Shown here: positions 51,965-63,542 of the stretch, piece after piece | How positions within the stretch are numbered: position 1 is the stretch's first letter | How the letters are laid out: each line of letters begins with the position of its first letter | NCBI GenBank assembly: GCA_964234715.1 | Contig: OZ174283.1 | Strand: one strand, 5' to 3' | Source of the DNA: Podarcis melisellensis | Lineage: Eukaryota | Length of the DNA stretch: 64,000 nucleotides | Notes under the pieces: generated by a model | Told to the model about the DNA's origin: nothing | What the model saw: only the letters and a program-made list of their open reading frames with translations | Databases searched by the model: none | Position numbers and translations under genes: made by a program

Positions 51965-53529
51965 CAGTTCAGTCCACTAGAACAAATGTGCTTGTAACTT
52001 GATGCCTGTTTGGGATTTATCTCTTGTAAAATTCATACAAGTTCCAGAGGATCCCTTTTTTATTTACTACACCCAATCCATGTCCTCTGTAAAATAGTGC
52101 AGGCCTCTGTGGAGCCTTTCCGGTCCAGAAATTAAGATCCAATACCTGAACCTGTGTGTGCGTGTGTTTAAGGCATCACAATTCCATTGTCCAGTCTAAT
52201 GTGTATCCATCATTTAAAAAATAAAATTACAATGCTTTACAGCACAAAAATAAAAGTTTTGAATCACAGGTCCTGATGGGTCTTCATGATTTTTATAGGC
52301 AGATGCTTCATATCCATAATCTAATTACATTTCGTATCTGTATGAACAGACTGCACCATAAAAATAACTGATCCAGTGCTCCATAGTGCTGGTGCGGCAC
52401 AGAACAGATTTGAAGCAGACACTTGCATGGGTTAGTGTGCATGTGATGTAAATGATCAGGTAATTATGTCAAGTATTTGTGTCATTAAATTGTCACAAAC
52501 TTTGCTGAACGTTGTATCCTTTTGGTTAGAAAACTGGTGCTTTTGAAATACGGTGTTTCAAAAGCAAAAATAAATAAATAACCAAGTTGGCTAAATAATT
52601 TTATTTAGTAAAGACATTAACTGGCTCCACTATACTGTTGCTTTTGCTTAAATGGGGATGAAAAGGCCACTTTTCTGTGTGGTTCTGAGTTCAATAACAT
52701 TGCTTCACTTTGACAGTGTATGTTCAATATTTAATTGGTTTTAGAAGAACGGTACTGAAGAGAGCTTTCTGGGTTAATTAAGGCTATTGAGAGTATGTAA
52801 GTTAAGTCAAACTTAAATATTCATTAGTTAGAGTAATTTTATAGCAAGTCTTTCCAAAAGGTAAATATTTAATTGCACTGCATTTTTCAGAATGAGGGTC
52901 CTTTCTCCCCCCGCCCCCCGCAACCAGCTAATATTGAAAATCTAGGAAATAAGATTATCTCAACATGGTTTAGGTATAGGTAATTGTTGCAAACCACTTT
53001 GACATTTTAAAAAATGAAATTGTAGTATATGAGGATTTTATTTATTTAAAAGCACTTAATAGTTCAAAAATCTTTATTATAAATAAAATAATAAATATGT
53101 ATGCAATACATTAACTATTGTCTCTTCCAATTACAGAAGTAAGTAAATGCCTAATATAAAACTCCTGAACCAAATACAATGGTCCTTAGCCAACAGTTGC
53201 TCTACACATGTAGGGGCTCTTTATTTTGTTGAAATAGGATCCATGTGTACAGATCAAATACTGACCTACAGACATAAGACATCTAAGATGACCTTTCTTT
53301 GTACTACAAGGTCAACTCTCCGTATGTGTATCATTCTTAGCAACATGTTAATGCTCACAACTGCATTTCGATCGGTGCCATAGGCTGCCATTAAATGATG
53401 TGTGTGATAAGTGTAGAGAAAACTCTGCCCGCAGTCATAGCTTTTTTATGTAAATGTTACCGAGAGAACAAAGAGCCTTACTCTTCCTGTCTTCTGGCAT
53501 GAACTTTTGTTGACTATAGAGTCCACTTT

Positions 53530-53646
53530 GCCAGATGAGGAAGTCCACCAACGCTTTCCCCATAATAAATTTCTTAAAGGAGCCACAAGACAACAACACT
53601 TTGTTCTTTTTGCTGCAACACACACCTTGGCTACCAGTCTGGAAAT
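53530..53646 (+). mobile_element. Degenerate Neptune-like Penelope pLTR
   Basis: CATAATAAAT..CTTAAAGGAGCCACAAGA...TTTTGCTGCAACA...GGCTACC..TCTGGAA parallels 13320-13340 and the Neptune tail; hammerhead core decayed. Confidence 0.55.
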
Positions 53647-54608
53647 AACTGAGATAATGTATGACGGATTCTTAGCACTTTACTTAAAGTACAATATGTA
53701 TTTATTCATTTGATGGTTTGTAGGTGGATTTGAAAATGGCTCATCATATTAGAAACTGCTGGGTTTTAAGGATATGTGACTTTCCAGGCTAGGTAGAAAT
53801 TTGATTTAGAATAATCTCAAAGTAGTTTCATGTTGCGATATTGTTGATTGATGCAGCTGTGGTTATTCTTGTAGGTTCTTGGTTGACGTACATTATGTAA
53901 GCTATGAAATGTGATTTTGTGTGTTTTTTATTATATTTTTCTTTGCAAGCATCTATTTCTGGGTTGTTGCCTTTGGTTATGATGGCTCATAGCAATCTGC
54001 CTGCATACAGAGAATAAATGTGCTACACTGAATATATCACATTGTACAAATATTTAAACATAGTAACTGGCAATGAAAGCATTTTTTCAAAGCCCATTTT
54101 AAACCTCTCTGGATTTTATTTTTGTACTAATTTAATTCTGAATACAATATTTGAATACATTTATCTAAATCCTTGTCACTGTAGACTATTCCTAGGATAT
54201 TTTTCAGTCCCAGTTATATGTTTGAGCATTGCTACATGGCTTTTAATGGAGCTGTCATATACCATAATTGGCAAATGTTTACCTTTTTAAAGTCATCTGC
54301 AGCTCAGTAAATGAAAACACATGTCTATTATTAAGACAATGTAAGAAGCTTTTAAAGAAGTTGAATGTACGATAACTAACAATTAAAGTTATTTGAGCTG
54401 ACACAAGGCTTTGAATCTGTGGGATTGGGGTGCTTCCAAATGGAGGTTTATTTTTGGAGTGTCTATGCAACATCATGACCATAAAAATGCCAGCCTGTAC
54501 TTTCCTCTCTGCTTAAATATATATTTTTTCTTACCGTGGAAAATCCAGCAAGTAAAAGTAGCCCATTATACCTCTGTAGTCACCACTGATGTGGATGCTC
54601 ATTAATGC

Positions 54609-54610
<2 letters not shown>

Positions 54611-54655
<45 letters not shown>
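54611..54655. repeat. (TA)n microsatellite
   Basis: Direct observation; continues as TA/CA repeats at 56343-56405 and 56646-56694. Confidence 0.95.
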
Positions 54656-54658
<3 letters not shown>

Positions 54659-54705
54659 GGTTTTGGTGTCCTCGGGTGTCTTCCCGTGTAAAAGTTGGGG
54701 TGTCT

Positions 54706-54747
54706 AGGCGACGTTTCGACGAGGTCTCACTCGTCATCTTCAGGCTG
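54706..54747 (-). ncRNA. Minimal hammerhead ribozyme motif (left pLTR)
   Basis: Mirror of the 56221-56262 copy; predicted cleavage after 54710. Confidence 0.75.
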
Positions 54748-56076
54748 GTGCTTTCGGCTTCTTGTTACTGGAACAGAGCAGGATCTCAGTGTTTGAGTTC
54801 CTATAAATACTGTTGAGGGGGTGTGGTGTATAGCCTCCAATGTTCTGGGCAGAGAGGAAGTTCCCAGGCTAGTGTGCCTTTTCTTCTTTTGTTCCTTAAT
54901 TACTTGAGGGATATCTTGAGTGATTTCTTGAGTGATATCCTGAGTACCACTTAGGTGGGTCATTAGGTGTGGATTAGTTGCTAAAGTCTTTGTGTCTTGA
55001 CCTCTTGAACTTTGTGAAGAGTTTTTCTGAGAAGATGGCTGTACTGCACTTAGTTGTGCTCTGGCTTGGCTTCGTGTATAGGGGCGAGCTGTGGTTTTGT
55101 GGCCTGTGTCAGCCAGATCTGTGTAGGGATTGCAGGGGGGTGCAGCATCCGGAGGTGCCACCATGGTTTGGCTACTGGATGGTGTCTGTAATTTATCTGT
55201 GGAGAGGGTCTGGGTTTGGGTCTGGTGTGGTTGATTGGTGATGGCGTTCTGTGTGCCTCTGGATCTGGTGTCAGTTTTTGTGGGGAGGGCTAATTTCCAG
55301 ATGTCTGGCAAGCGGGATGTGTCGTCACGCTTGTTCATGTTGTGAGGGTGTTTCTCTATCTCGATGGCTTCCATGATTATTCTCTTGTGGTGATGTTCCA
55401 TGTTAAAGAGCAATTTGGAATCTGCAAAATTAATTTCGTGTCCTGTTTCTTTCATGTGTTGGAAAAGAGAGGAAGTTTTTTCTTCTTTTTTGACGGCATT
55501 CTTGTGTTCTGCGATACGTGCATTTATTCGTCTGTTTGTTTGTCCAATGTACGTGGCTGGGCAGACTTTGCAGGGTATTTCATAGACCCCTTGGTTTTCC
55601 AACTGGATTTTATCCTTGGGGTTTCTGAGGATATTGGCTATTTTTTGGTTGGTGCAAAAGGCTGTTTTGATATTGTGTTTATGGAGGATTTTGCTAATTT
55701 TATCTGTAGTGCCCTTGATATAAGGAAGGAGGGCCATGCCATTGTTTTCTTCTGTGTCTTGGTTTTTGGGGGGTGTTTCTTTTTGGATTAGCTTCGTAAC
55801 CCTGTTTTGCTGGTATCCATTGGCAATTAACACATTTGAGAGATTCTGTAACTCAGTTGTCAAGTGGTCTTTGTCAGCCAGGCGTTTGGTTCTGGAGATG
55901 AGAGTCTTGGCTACGGAGTTTATTTGTGCAGGGTGGTGGTGTGATTGTGCATGTAAGTAGCGGTTGGTGTGTGTTTTTTTCCGGTAGATAGTGTGTCCTA
56001 GGGAGCCATCAGGTTTTTTGTAGATTAGGACGTCAAGGAAGGGAAGTTGGTTGTTGGCTTCTATTTCCATAGTGAA
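54727..56076 (-). pseudogene. Truncated Penelope ORF: RT domains 6-7/thumb, GIY-YIG endonuclease, C-terminal extension
   Basis: FTMEIEANNQLPFLDVLI...YRKKTHTNRYLHAQSHHHP; GVYEIPCKVCPATYIGQT...RIAEH...H...EAIEI...MN (GIY-YIG with CCHH); no internal stops. Confidence 0.93.
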
Positions 56077-56220
56077 CAAAAGAAGAAAAGGCACACTAGC
56101 CTGGGAACTTCCTCTCTGCCCAGAACATTGGAGGCTATACACCACACCCCCTCAACAGTATTTATAGGAACTCAAACACTGAGATCCTGCTCTGTTCCAG
56201 TAACAAGAAGCCGAAAGCAC

Positions 56221-56262
56221 CAGCCTGAAGATGACGAGTGAGACCTCGTCGAAACGTCGCCT
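56221..56262 (+). ncRNA. Minimal hammerhead ribozyme motif (right pLTR)
   Basis: CUGAAGA-U-GACGAG-UGAGAC-CUCGUC-GAAAC-GUC^; palindromic ACGU replaces helix III; helix I weak. Confidence 0.75.
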
Positions 56263-56405
56263 AGACACCCCAACTTTTACACGGGAAGACACCCGAGGAC
56301 ACCAAAACCTGCATTCCTGTACCCGTGAAAATCTACGAAAGCATATATATATATATATATATATACACGCACACACACAAACACACACACATATATACAT
56401 ATATA

Positions 56406-56647
56406 CAGTGGTATCTCGGGTTAAGAACTTAATTTGTTCTGGAGATCCGTTCTTAACCTGAAATTGTTCTTAACCTGAGGTATCACTTTAGCTAATGGGG
56501 CCTCCCACTGCTGCCGCGTCGCCAGAGCATGATTTCTGTTCTCATCCTGAAGCAAAGTTCTTAACCCGAGGTACTATTTCTGGGTTGGCGGAGTCTGTAA
56601 CCTGAAGCATCTGTAACCTGAAGCGTCTGTAACACGAGGAACCACTG
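56406..56647. mobile_element. Tc1/mariner MITE, family A, inserted in the same microsatellite
   Basis: TA|CAGTGGTATCTCGGG...CGAGGAACCACTG. Confidence 0.88.
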
Positions 56648-56877
56648 TGTGTGTGTGTGCGTGTGTATGTGTGTGTGTGTATATATATATATATGGTGAG
56701 TGCTTTCTCACATGTGTGATGAGGTTTTAGTGATATTATCTACCACAACCTACTTCTGTTTCTTCCTTCTCTGAGCACAACCTGTTTTGTTTCTGGCAGC
56801 CCACAAAGCCAAATGAAATGCCTGTTTTCATGGATTGCTGCATGCTGAAGGGGCACCTGAACAACCTGGTTCAGAGG

Positions 56878-57011
56878 AGCCATGGCCCAACTTGGCCCTC
56901 CAGTTTTTTGGGGACTACAATTCCCATCATCCCTGACCACTGGTCCTGTTAGCTAGGGATGATGGGAGTTGTAGTCCCAAAACAGCTGGAGGGCCAAGTT
57001 TGGCCATGCCC
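56878..57011. mobile_element. Palindromic hAT-type MITE
   Basis: Near-perfect hairpin CATGGCCCAACTTGGCCCTCCAG...GGGACTACAA.TCCCATCATCCCT / mirror. Confidence 0.8.
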
Positions 57012-57262
57012 GTATCTCAGCATTTCAACATGGTAAATGTGGGAGATTACCTCAGAGACTGCAACCACAAAAAACAGAGGTCTTGCATAAGACTTATCAT
57101 AATTTTGGTGTTTCGTTGCTGCTGAAGGTTTTGGAGAGGGTAGAATGCATGGTTGTTCCATTAACAGTTATGAGGGCCTATGTGGCATTCCTAGTTTTCT
57201 GGATCATTGCCACTTACCCCAGCCCAACAGATCAAATAGCAGATCAGTACAGCCAAATAACA

Positions 57263-58138
57263 TTGCGTGGACAGGCGGAGTCCCCAAAACCCTGGGCGCC
57301 CCCCCATGTGGAATAACGACTCCAGACAACGTGCTATGGGATTAAAATTGGCCACAACTTTATTATATTTCAGATGTGGGTAGACCTTGGCTCAGGCATT
57401 GGGCGTTTATCCCTCCCAGTCCCCCGCTGGGGATCTGGGGAACATCAGGGTTATCCAGTGTGGGGGGGGATGGGCCGGCTCTGGAGAACATCTGTTCAAG
57501 CAGAGATAGCCACCCCCGTTATGCCGCCGTTGCAGTGGAAGGCAATTACGACCTCTAGGCGTACAGTCAAAGTCGCCCCTCAAAAACCCCTTTAACGGGG
57601 AACCCTGGTATTGCCGCTGCAAAGAGGAAGGGGGTGTGGGTCACCGCTGCATGCCCCCGCCCCATTCAGGGAAGATAGACTAAAGGATTCCGCCCATGGC
57701 CTGATACCACCAAAGTTGTGACATTTTGCTACGGGAAAGGCAAAACCTGCCAATGCAGGGGAATTCCTTTCTGGCCCTTCAACAGTGACCTTGACGTAGC
57801 AGCATCTGCGTACCTGTGAAAAAAGGTTAACCTGAAAAAGAAGTCTTAACTGAGGGTGGGTAGGGTGGGAGAAGCTCTGGAGCCAACTGAAGGTTCACCA
57901 GTAAGATCCTCCTTCTATTGTGTGGGCAGGTAGTCCCTCCCCCTACCTGGCCTGGTCACCTTGGCAACGCTTCCCCAGGCGGGATTGGACAACTGACTGA
58001 GGTAGGCGGAGACCTCCAGGTATCCCACCTGGGGGAGACGAAGCCAAGCCTGTGCTAATGGAGCTCCACAGGGTTGTGCGCAACCACGCAAAGGCACCCC
58101 CCCCCCGTTTAATGTGGGGAGCGGTCATTCTTGCGCAA
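57263..58138 (-). mobile_element. Unclassified LTR-like repeat, copy 1
   Basis: Bounded by TTGCG...CGCAA; minus-strand AATAAAGTTGTGGCC near its 3' end; homologous copy at 63543-64000; no TSD found. Confidence 0.6.
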
Positions 58139-58622
58139 GACCTCAGTACAGTATTTAATAAAACACAACAAGATTAAATTAAAATGTATATTGTTGCTAT
58201 TCTGCCTGAAATGCACAACCCTCCATTTTGCCCATGGAAAAACAGCATAACTAAGGGCCGGTAACATTTGCTTGTGCACTTCGGGTGGAAATCTGTCCAC
58301 ACACACGTATAAAGAAATACCACGTGTCCAGAAGCAGAAAAGGGTAAAGAAGGATGAAGCAAGAGTTGTGACTGCATAGCAATGAATATCCATGTCTGGA
58401 AGAACGAAATGTGTGGAACCTAAGATGCCAATCACACACACTGAAAAACAAGATACGGACAATACATTCTAAATATAAAATCCCACCTGGAATCAATCTT
58501 AGAGAAGTGATTCAGCCTATATATGAGGATCCTATATTATAGCAATATCGTAAACAAAATCTGTCCTTTTCCCTTATGGGGTATCCAAGAGCCCATATAG
58601 AGTCCTTATATAGGTTCCCTAT

Positions 58623-59167
58623 TGGTAGGAGAAAATAACAGAGGCCAACCAGAGAATATTCAGAAGCAAAGTAGCTAGTAAGCCTGATCTTTATTGATCT
58701 GTTGCAACAGGGTCCTCACTCACCACACAAAGGAGGGAGGAGGAACCCAGAACAATGGTGCGCAAGGGCTTATATAGACATTTTAAATTCCCTGCCCTGG
58801 AGCTCAAGACCACTCCTCCATACATCATACATACATCACAGAAGGAGTGTAACCTAAGACCACCCCCCAGATATATCATACCTACTTCACAGAAAAGGCG
58901 GTCTAAAACAGAAATTTGAATGTTGTTTTTCCTGTTTGCCAGGTTATCTGATCGTCTTTCCTGATAGTCTGTCACCCATTAAAATGCTGATTACTCAATT
59001 CCTGAGACAATGGAAAGGCTCCCTGACACCCCCCTCCATGCAGGGAAAACATTTGGTCAGTTTGGGAATCAAAATGGTTTCAGGTTGGTCTTCCTGTGCT
59101 GATCTATGTGCTTGGTTGGTACACTTATGAATATTACCATATATCTAAGACCTCAAAATTCCTATCA
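58623..59167 (-). mobile_element. ERV-like solo LTR
   Basis: Termini TGGTAGGA...TCCTATCA; on the minus strand, duplicated U3 motifs, then TATATAAG (~58769-58776), then AATAAA (~58690-58695); TSD not evident. Confidence 0.65.
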
Positions 59168-59963
59168 CAGAAAACATCAGTCTAATGCCCGCCCATCCTC
59201 CCTGTTCCGAGTACAGGAAGATCTGAAGTAGAGCACAGTTTTTCAGCTCTTGGGATGTTGACGGTGTCCACCTCCACCTCTGTTCAACCTGAATATTTGT
59301 AAGTAAGCTGAAAGCACCATAAGTGATCTCTCAGTCCAAAGAAAATCACAGTGCTGTGTGCCCCTAGATTGTCTGAGTGCTCGTGGTTTTGGGAAAAGTG
59401 TAATAATGCAATGAGAGACTGACTTTTCTTTTGCGTTTACATCTTGTTTTTCTTTTAATGTTCTCAGATTATTAATGATCAGAATGAATTTATCTCTTTG
59501 GTGCATTTATGGTTGCAATGCTCTCTTCATTTGCTGCGTTTTATGGGATATCAATTATTTTTTAACTTACTGCTATCACGGGGGAAAGTGCGAGTGGGGA
59601 AAAATAACTTTCTCCTATATGACTGATTCCTGGATGCCAGCACAGATGGCGTATTGCAACTATAAGGATGCAAGTTGGAGTGGTAGAGTTGTTAAGGGAT
59701 ATATTTCTATTTTTTTAAATGAGGATTTATAACCATATACGTCCCATTGGTGCTAATGGGAGCTGAATGCATATTTTTCTATTTATGGAGCTGGCAGTAG
59801 TCAGCTAGAAATGAAGATGAGCAGCTGCATTGAATCAGATAAAATGAACATTTCATTTTTAGAGTAAAGGTCTTTTGCCTTTTGCATTAGAAAGTGTGTA
59901 TCTGCTAGGAATATGAAGTGGCTTATAAACCAGATTTGGGGTATCTCATTTTGGACCCTCCAA

Positions 59964-60135
59964 GCAGGGGTGCCAACTTGAATAAAATGGGGGGGGGGCA
60001 AGTAAGCCCTGCCCCACACAATCACATGACATGACACCCCCCCCCCATTTGAATGGCAATGCCCATCAACTTTGCAGGGTCCCACCCCCCTCAATATTTT
60101 ATTGGGGCTCTTGGTTCCTAGAAGTTGGCTCCAAG
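59964..60135. mobile_element. Degenerate hAT-like MITE
   Basis: CAGGGGTGCCAACTT...AAGTTGGCTCC termini. Confidence 0.5.
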
Positions 60136-60265
60136 GCCTTCAAGTGAAGCTTGGGATTCCCTGAAAGTCTCCTGGTGCTCTGTCAACTCGGATGGAATAA
60201 AAACACTGCAGACATTTGGGTGTATGTGTGCAAAAACCAAGCTGTTAACTTGGCTGGAATAAAAA

Positions 60266-60451
60266 CCTGAAGGGAGGGCGTTCCACAGGGCGGGTGCCAC
60301 TACCAAGAAGGCCCTCTGTCTGGTTCCCTGTAGCCTCACTTCTTGCAATGAAGGAACCGCCAGAAGGCCCTTGGTGCTGGATCTCAGTGTCCGAGCAGAA
60401 TGATGGGGGTAGAGACGCTCCTTCAGGTATACAGGACCAAGGCTGTTTAGG
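60266..60451 (-). mobile_element. L2 fragment
   Basis: Reverse-strand match to 62150-62332 (LQGTRQRAFLVVAPALWNALPS). Confidence 0.85.
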
Positions 60452-61847
60452 ATATCCTAATCATGGATCTCCTGTGTTACATTTAGTCTGGCCCTCAGTT
60501 GTACTAGGCCAATGCCAGGAAGTGTAAGCAAATGGGGGAGGGGGGAGGCTTTGAGGCAGTTCCAGGAAGCTGAAGCTGTGGGAAAGAGAATGTAAAACTT
60601 GGTGGATAATATTTATGTGTCTTGGAACATATAAAAGTTACCGCAGTGTAGAAAGAGTTCAGATTATATATAATTTTTCATTTTATAGCGGCATTATTAC
60701 CGGAGACAGGTTTATATTTGGTAGCAGCTGTTCTCCAAAATGTCACATTGACTGAATGCTGGAGCCAATGCAGAGTTTTGAAACCTAAAGGGAATAATCT
60801 TCTTTATGTGTCCAGATAGGAATTACACAGTGTAGTAAGAAGTGATTTATTTATTGTCCAATCAATAAAAATGTGAGATGTGAAGGGGAATTCTATAAGC
60901 CACACTATATTCGTAGTGAACGAATGGTTCTATGCTCACCCCAAACCTGAGGAAAAAAGCAGTTTTGTTTCAACAAGTCAGTGATTCTTTGTTCCTATAG
61001 AGATTTGAATTTACTATGTTTCCCTTATGACCATTCGTTCAACCAGCGCTGGGCCAAAATCTGTCTGCAGTTTATCAAAAGTTGTCTTCCTCTGAGACAG
61101 AGGCTTCCATTTTTATGCTTCCATTTTATACCTCGTTCCAAGGACAAATGAGAATTTCTTTAGAAAATTCTAAATGAGGGTTTTGAAGCTTACCTTACCA
61201 TTGTGAAGAGGCCAGGAGCGGTGAATTCATTTTACCTTCCAGTAAACACTTCTTCAGCACTCTGCAGCCTATCTGGTTGCCCCTGTATCTTAGAGGAAAA
61301 TGGAGGGAGATTGAGGGAGAACCAAATCAGGTAGCCTGGAAATGTGTGGGGTTCATGATTATTTGAGCCATGCAGACATATGGGACAATCAGGGTAGTCA
61401 CTAATGTTGCTAATATAGTGATAGACAGCTCAACAAAAGTTTGTGATGGGAAGAGTAGAGAGTCCCCAAGGGGCCCAAAAACATGTTCTTGTTATTAGAG
61501 GATTCCATGGGATCACATGTTTGGAGAATAAGAAGGAATTTGGTGGAAGCAGAACACGGCCTTATTCCTGTGAGGCTGAGCAATCCTGCTAACCATGCAC
61601 TTAAAGTTATTCCATGTCAACAGATGGGGATGACAACCCATATTGAGATGATGGAACAACTGCAAGTGCGTAGCCCAACTTTGTCAGAATATGGCACAGA
61701 GACAAACAATGAATAAAGAACAGAAATATGTTTCTGGAGAAATTGCCACCCTGGACTCCTTTGGGAGGAAGGGCAGAATTAATAACGTTCAATACATACA
61801 TACATACATACATACATACGAAAATCAAAAAGACATCCACAGGTCAA

Positions 61848-62525
61848 ATCTGTATCCAGGGCAGCTGTTTACCAGCTCCATCTGGTACATAGGCTGAGGC
61901 CCTATCTGCCTGCAGACTGTCTCGCCAGAGTGGTGCATGCTCTGGTTATCTCCCGCTTGGACTACTCCAATGTGCTCTATGTGGGGCTACCATTGAAGGT
62001 GACCCGGAAACTACAACTAATCCAGAACGCGGCAGCTAGACTGGTGACTGGGAGCGGCTGCCGAGACCATATAACACCGGTCTTGAAAGACCTACATTGC
62101 CTCCCAGTCCGTTTTCGAGCACAATTCAAAGTGTTGGTGCTGACCTTTAAAGCCCTAAACAGCCTCGGGCCAGTATATCTGAAGGAGCGTCTCCATTGTT
62201 CTGCCCGGACACTGAGGTCCAGCTCCAAGGGCCTTCTGGCGGTTCCCTCACTGCGAGAGGCCACGTTACAGGGAACCAGGCAGAGGGCCTTCTCGGTAGT
62301 GGCGCCCGCCCTGTGGAACGCCCTCCCATCAGATGTTAAAGTGATAAACAACTACCTGACATTCAGAAGACATCTGAAGGCAGCCCTGTTCAGGGAAGTT
62401 TTTAATATGTGACATTTTAGTGTATTTTTCATCTTTGTTGGAAGCCGCCCAGAGTGGCTGGGGAAACCCAGCCAGATGGGCGGGGTACAAATAATAAATT
62501 ATTATTATTATTATTATTATTATTA
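61848..62525 (+). mobile_element. L2 LINE 3' portion with (ATT)n tail
   Basis: VHALVISRLDYSN...LQLIQNAAARL...HITPVL...RAFSVVAPALWNALP; 3' UTR GAAGCCGCCCAGAGTGGCTGGGG; ATT repeat. Confidence 0.92.
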
Positions 62526-63023
62526 CATCTTACTGTCTTTTCAAAACATGCTAGTATGGATTGAACATAGGATTGCCCGCCAGTAAAAGAAACCTTCCTT
62601 AACAGATTGGTGGGGAAATAAAAGTAAGTGCTGAAGGCATCAGAGAAAAACAGACTAAGGAATTCCATCATCTGCTGCAGCAGCAATAAACAGCTCAGAC
62701 CGAAAGCTGGCAGCTAGCTCAGACACGAGCGTTTTACTGCCTTAGAGCACAGAGAAGAAAGGTTTGGAAGTTTCTCCCTCTGTGTGTTTGTGTGTGTGTG
62801 TGTGATCACTTGTGCATTATCTTTCTGAAAACAGGCACTTCATAACTAAAGGTTGTATTTATAGATAAAAACTTATGCTACATCTGGTTTTATGTTGGTT
62901 GGAAGATGTTCTCTGAGGATCAGAAGAGAGCATTCCTGGACCAGCTTTGATTGCTATGCATCATTAGCTGCTGAGGATCAGCCAGGCTGGGATCTTCCTG
63001 GTATATTCCCTCCTTGGGAAGTA

Positions 63024-63259
63024 CAGTGGTACCTCTAGTTAAGAACTTAATTCGTTCTGGAGGTCTGATCTTAACCTGAAACTGTTCTTAACCTGAAGCA
63101 CCACTTTAGCTAATGGGGCCTCCTGCTGCTGCCGCGCCACGGGAGCACAATTTCTGTTCTAATCCTGAAGCAAAGTTCTTAACCCGAGGTAATATTTCTG
63201 GGTTAGCGGAGTCTGTAACCTGAAGCGTATGTAACCTGAAGCGTATGTAACCCAAGGTA
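63024..63259. mobile_element. Tc1/mariner MITE, family A, right TIR interrupted
   Basis: TA|CAGTGGTACCTC...; ends ACCCAAGGTA without the final CCACTG. Confidence 0.88.
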
Positions 63260-63536
63260 AAGGGTAAAGGTAAAGGGACCCCTGACCATTAGGTCCAGCT
63301 GTGACTGACTCTGGGGTTGCGGCGCTCATCTTGCTTTATTGGCCGAGGGAGCCAGCGTACAGCTTCCGGGTCATGTGGCCAGCATGACTAAGCCGCTTCT
63401 GGCGAACCAGAGCAGTGCACGGAAACGCCGTTTACCTTCCCGCCGGAGCGGTACCTATTTATCTACTTGCACTTTGACGTGCTTTCAAACTGCTAGGTTG
63501 GCAGGAGCAGGGACCGAGCAACGGGAGCTCACCCCG
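63254..63536 (-). mobile_element. Sauria-type SINE, head deleted
   Basis: Matches 47272-47542, then stops. Confidence 0.9.
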
Positions 63537-63542
63537 GGAGCT

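Larger units (their letters stand above)
54654..56342 (-). mobile_element. 5'-truncated Penelope-like element (Poseidon-type) with inverted pLTRs, inserted in (TA)n
   Basis: RT C-terminus plus GIY-YIG ORF; 241-bp inverted repeat at 54654-54894 / 56074-56314; 28-nt tail at 56315-56342; TA repeats on both flanks. Confidence 0.95.

Noticed and set aside
56077-56145. N-terminus of the 472-aa ORF
   Set aside because: It is antisense pLTR sequence fused to the truncated RT and begins at GTG; the RT catalytic core is missing, so this is not a functional or domesticated gene.
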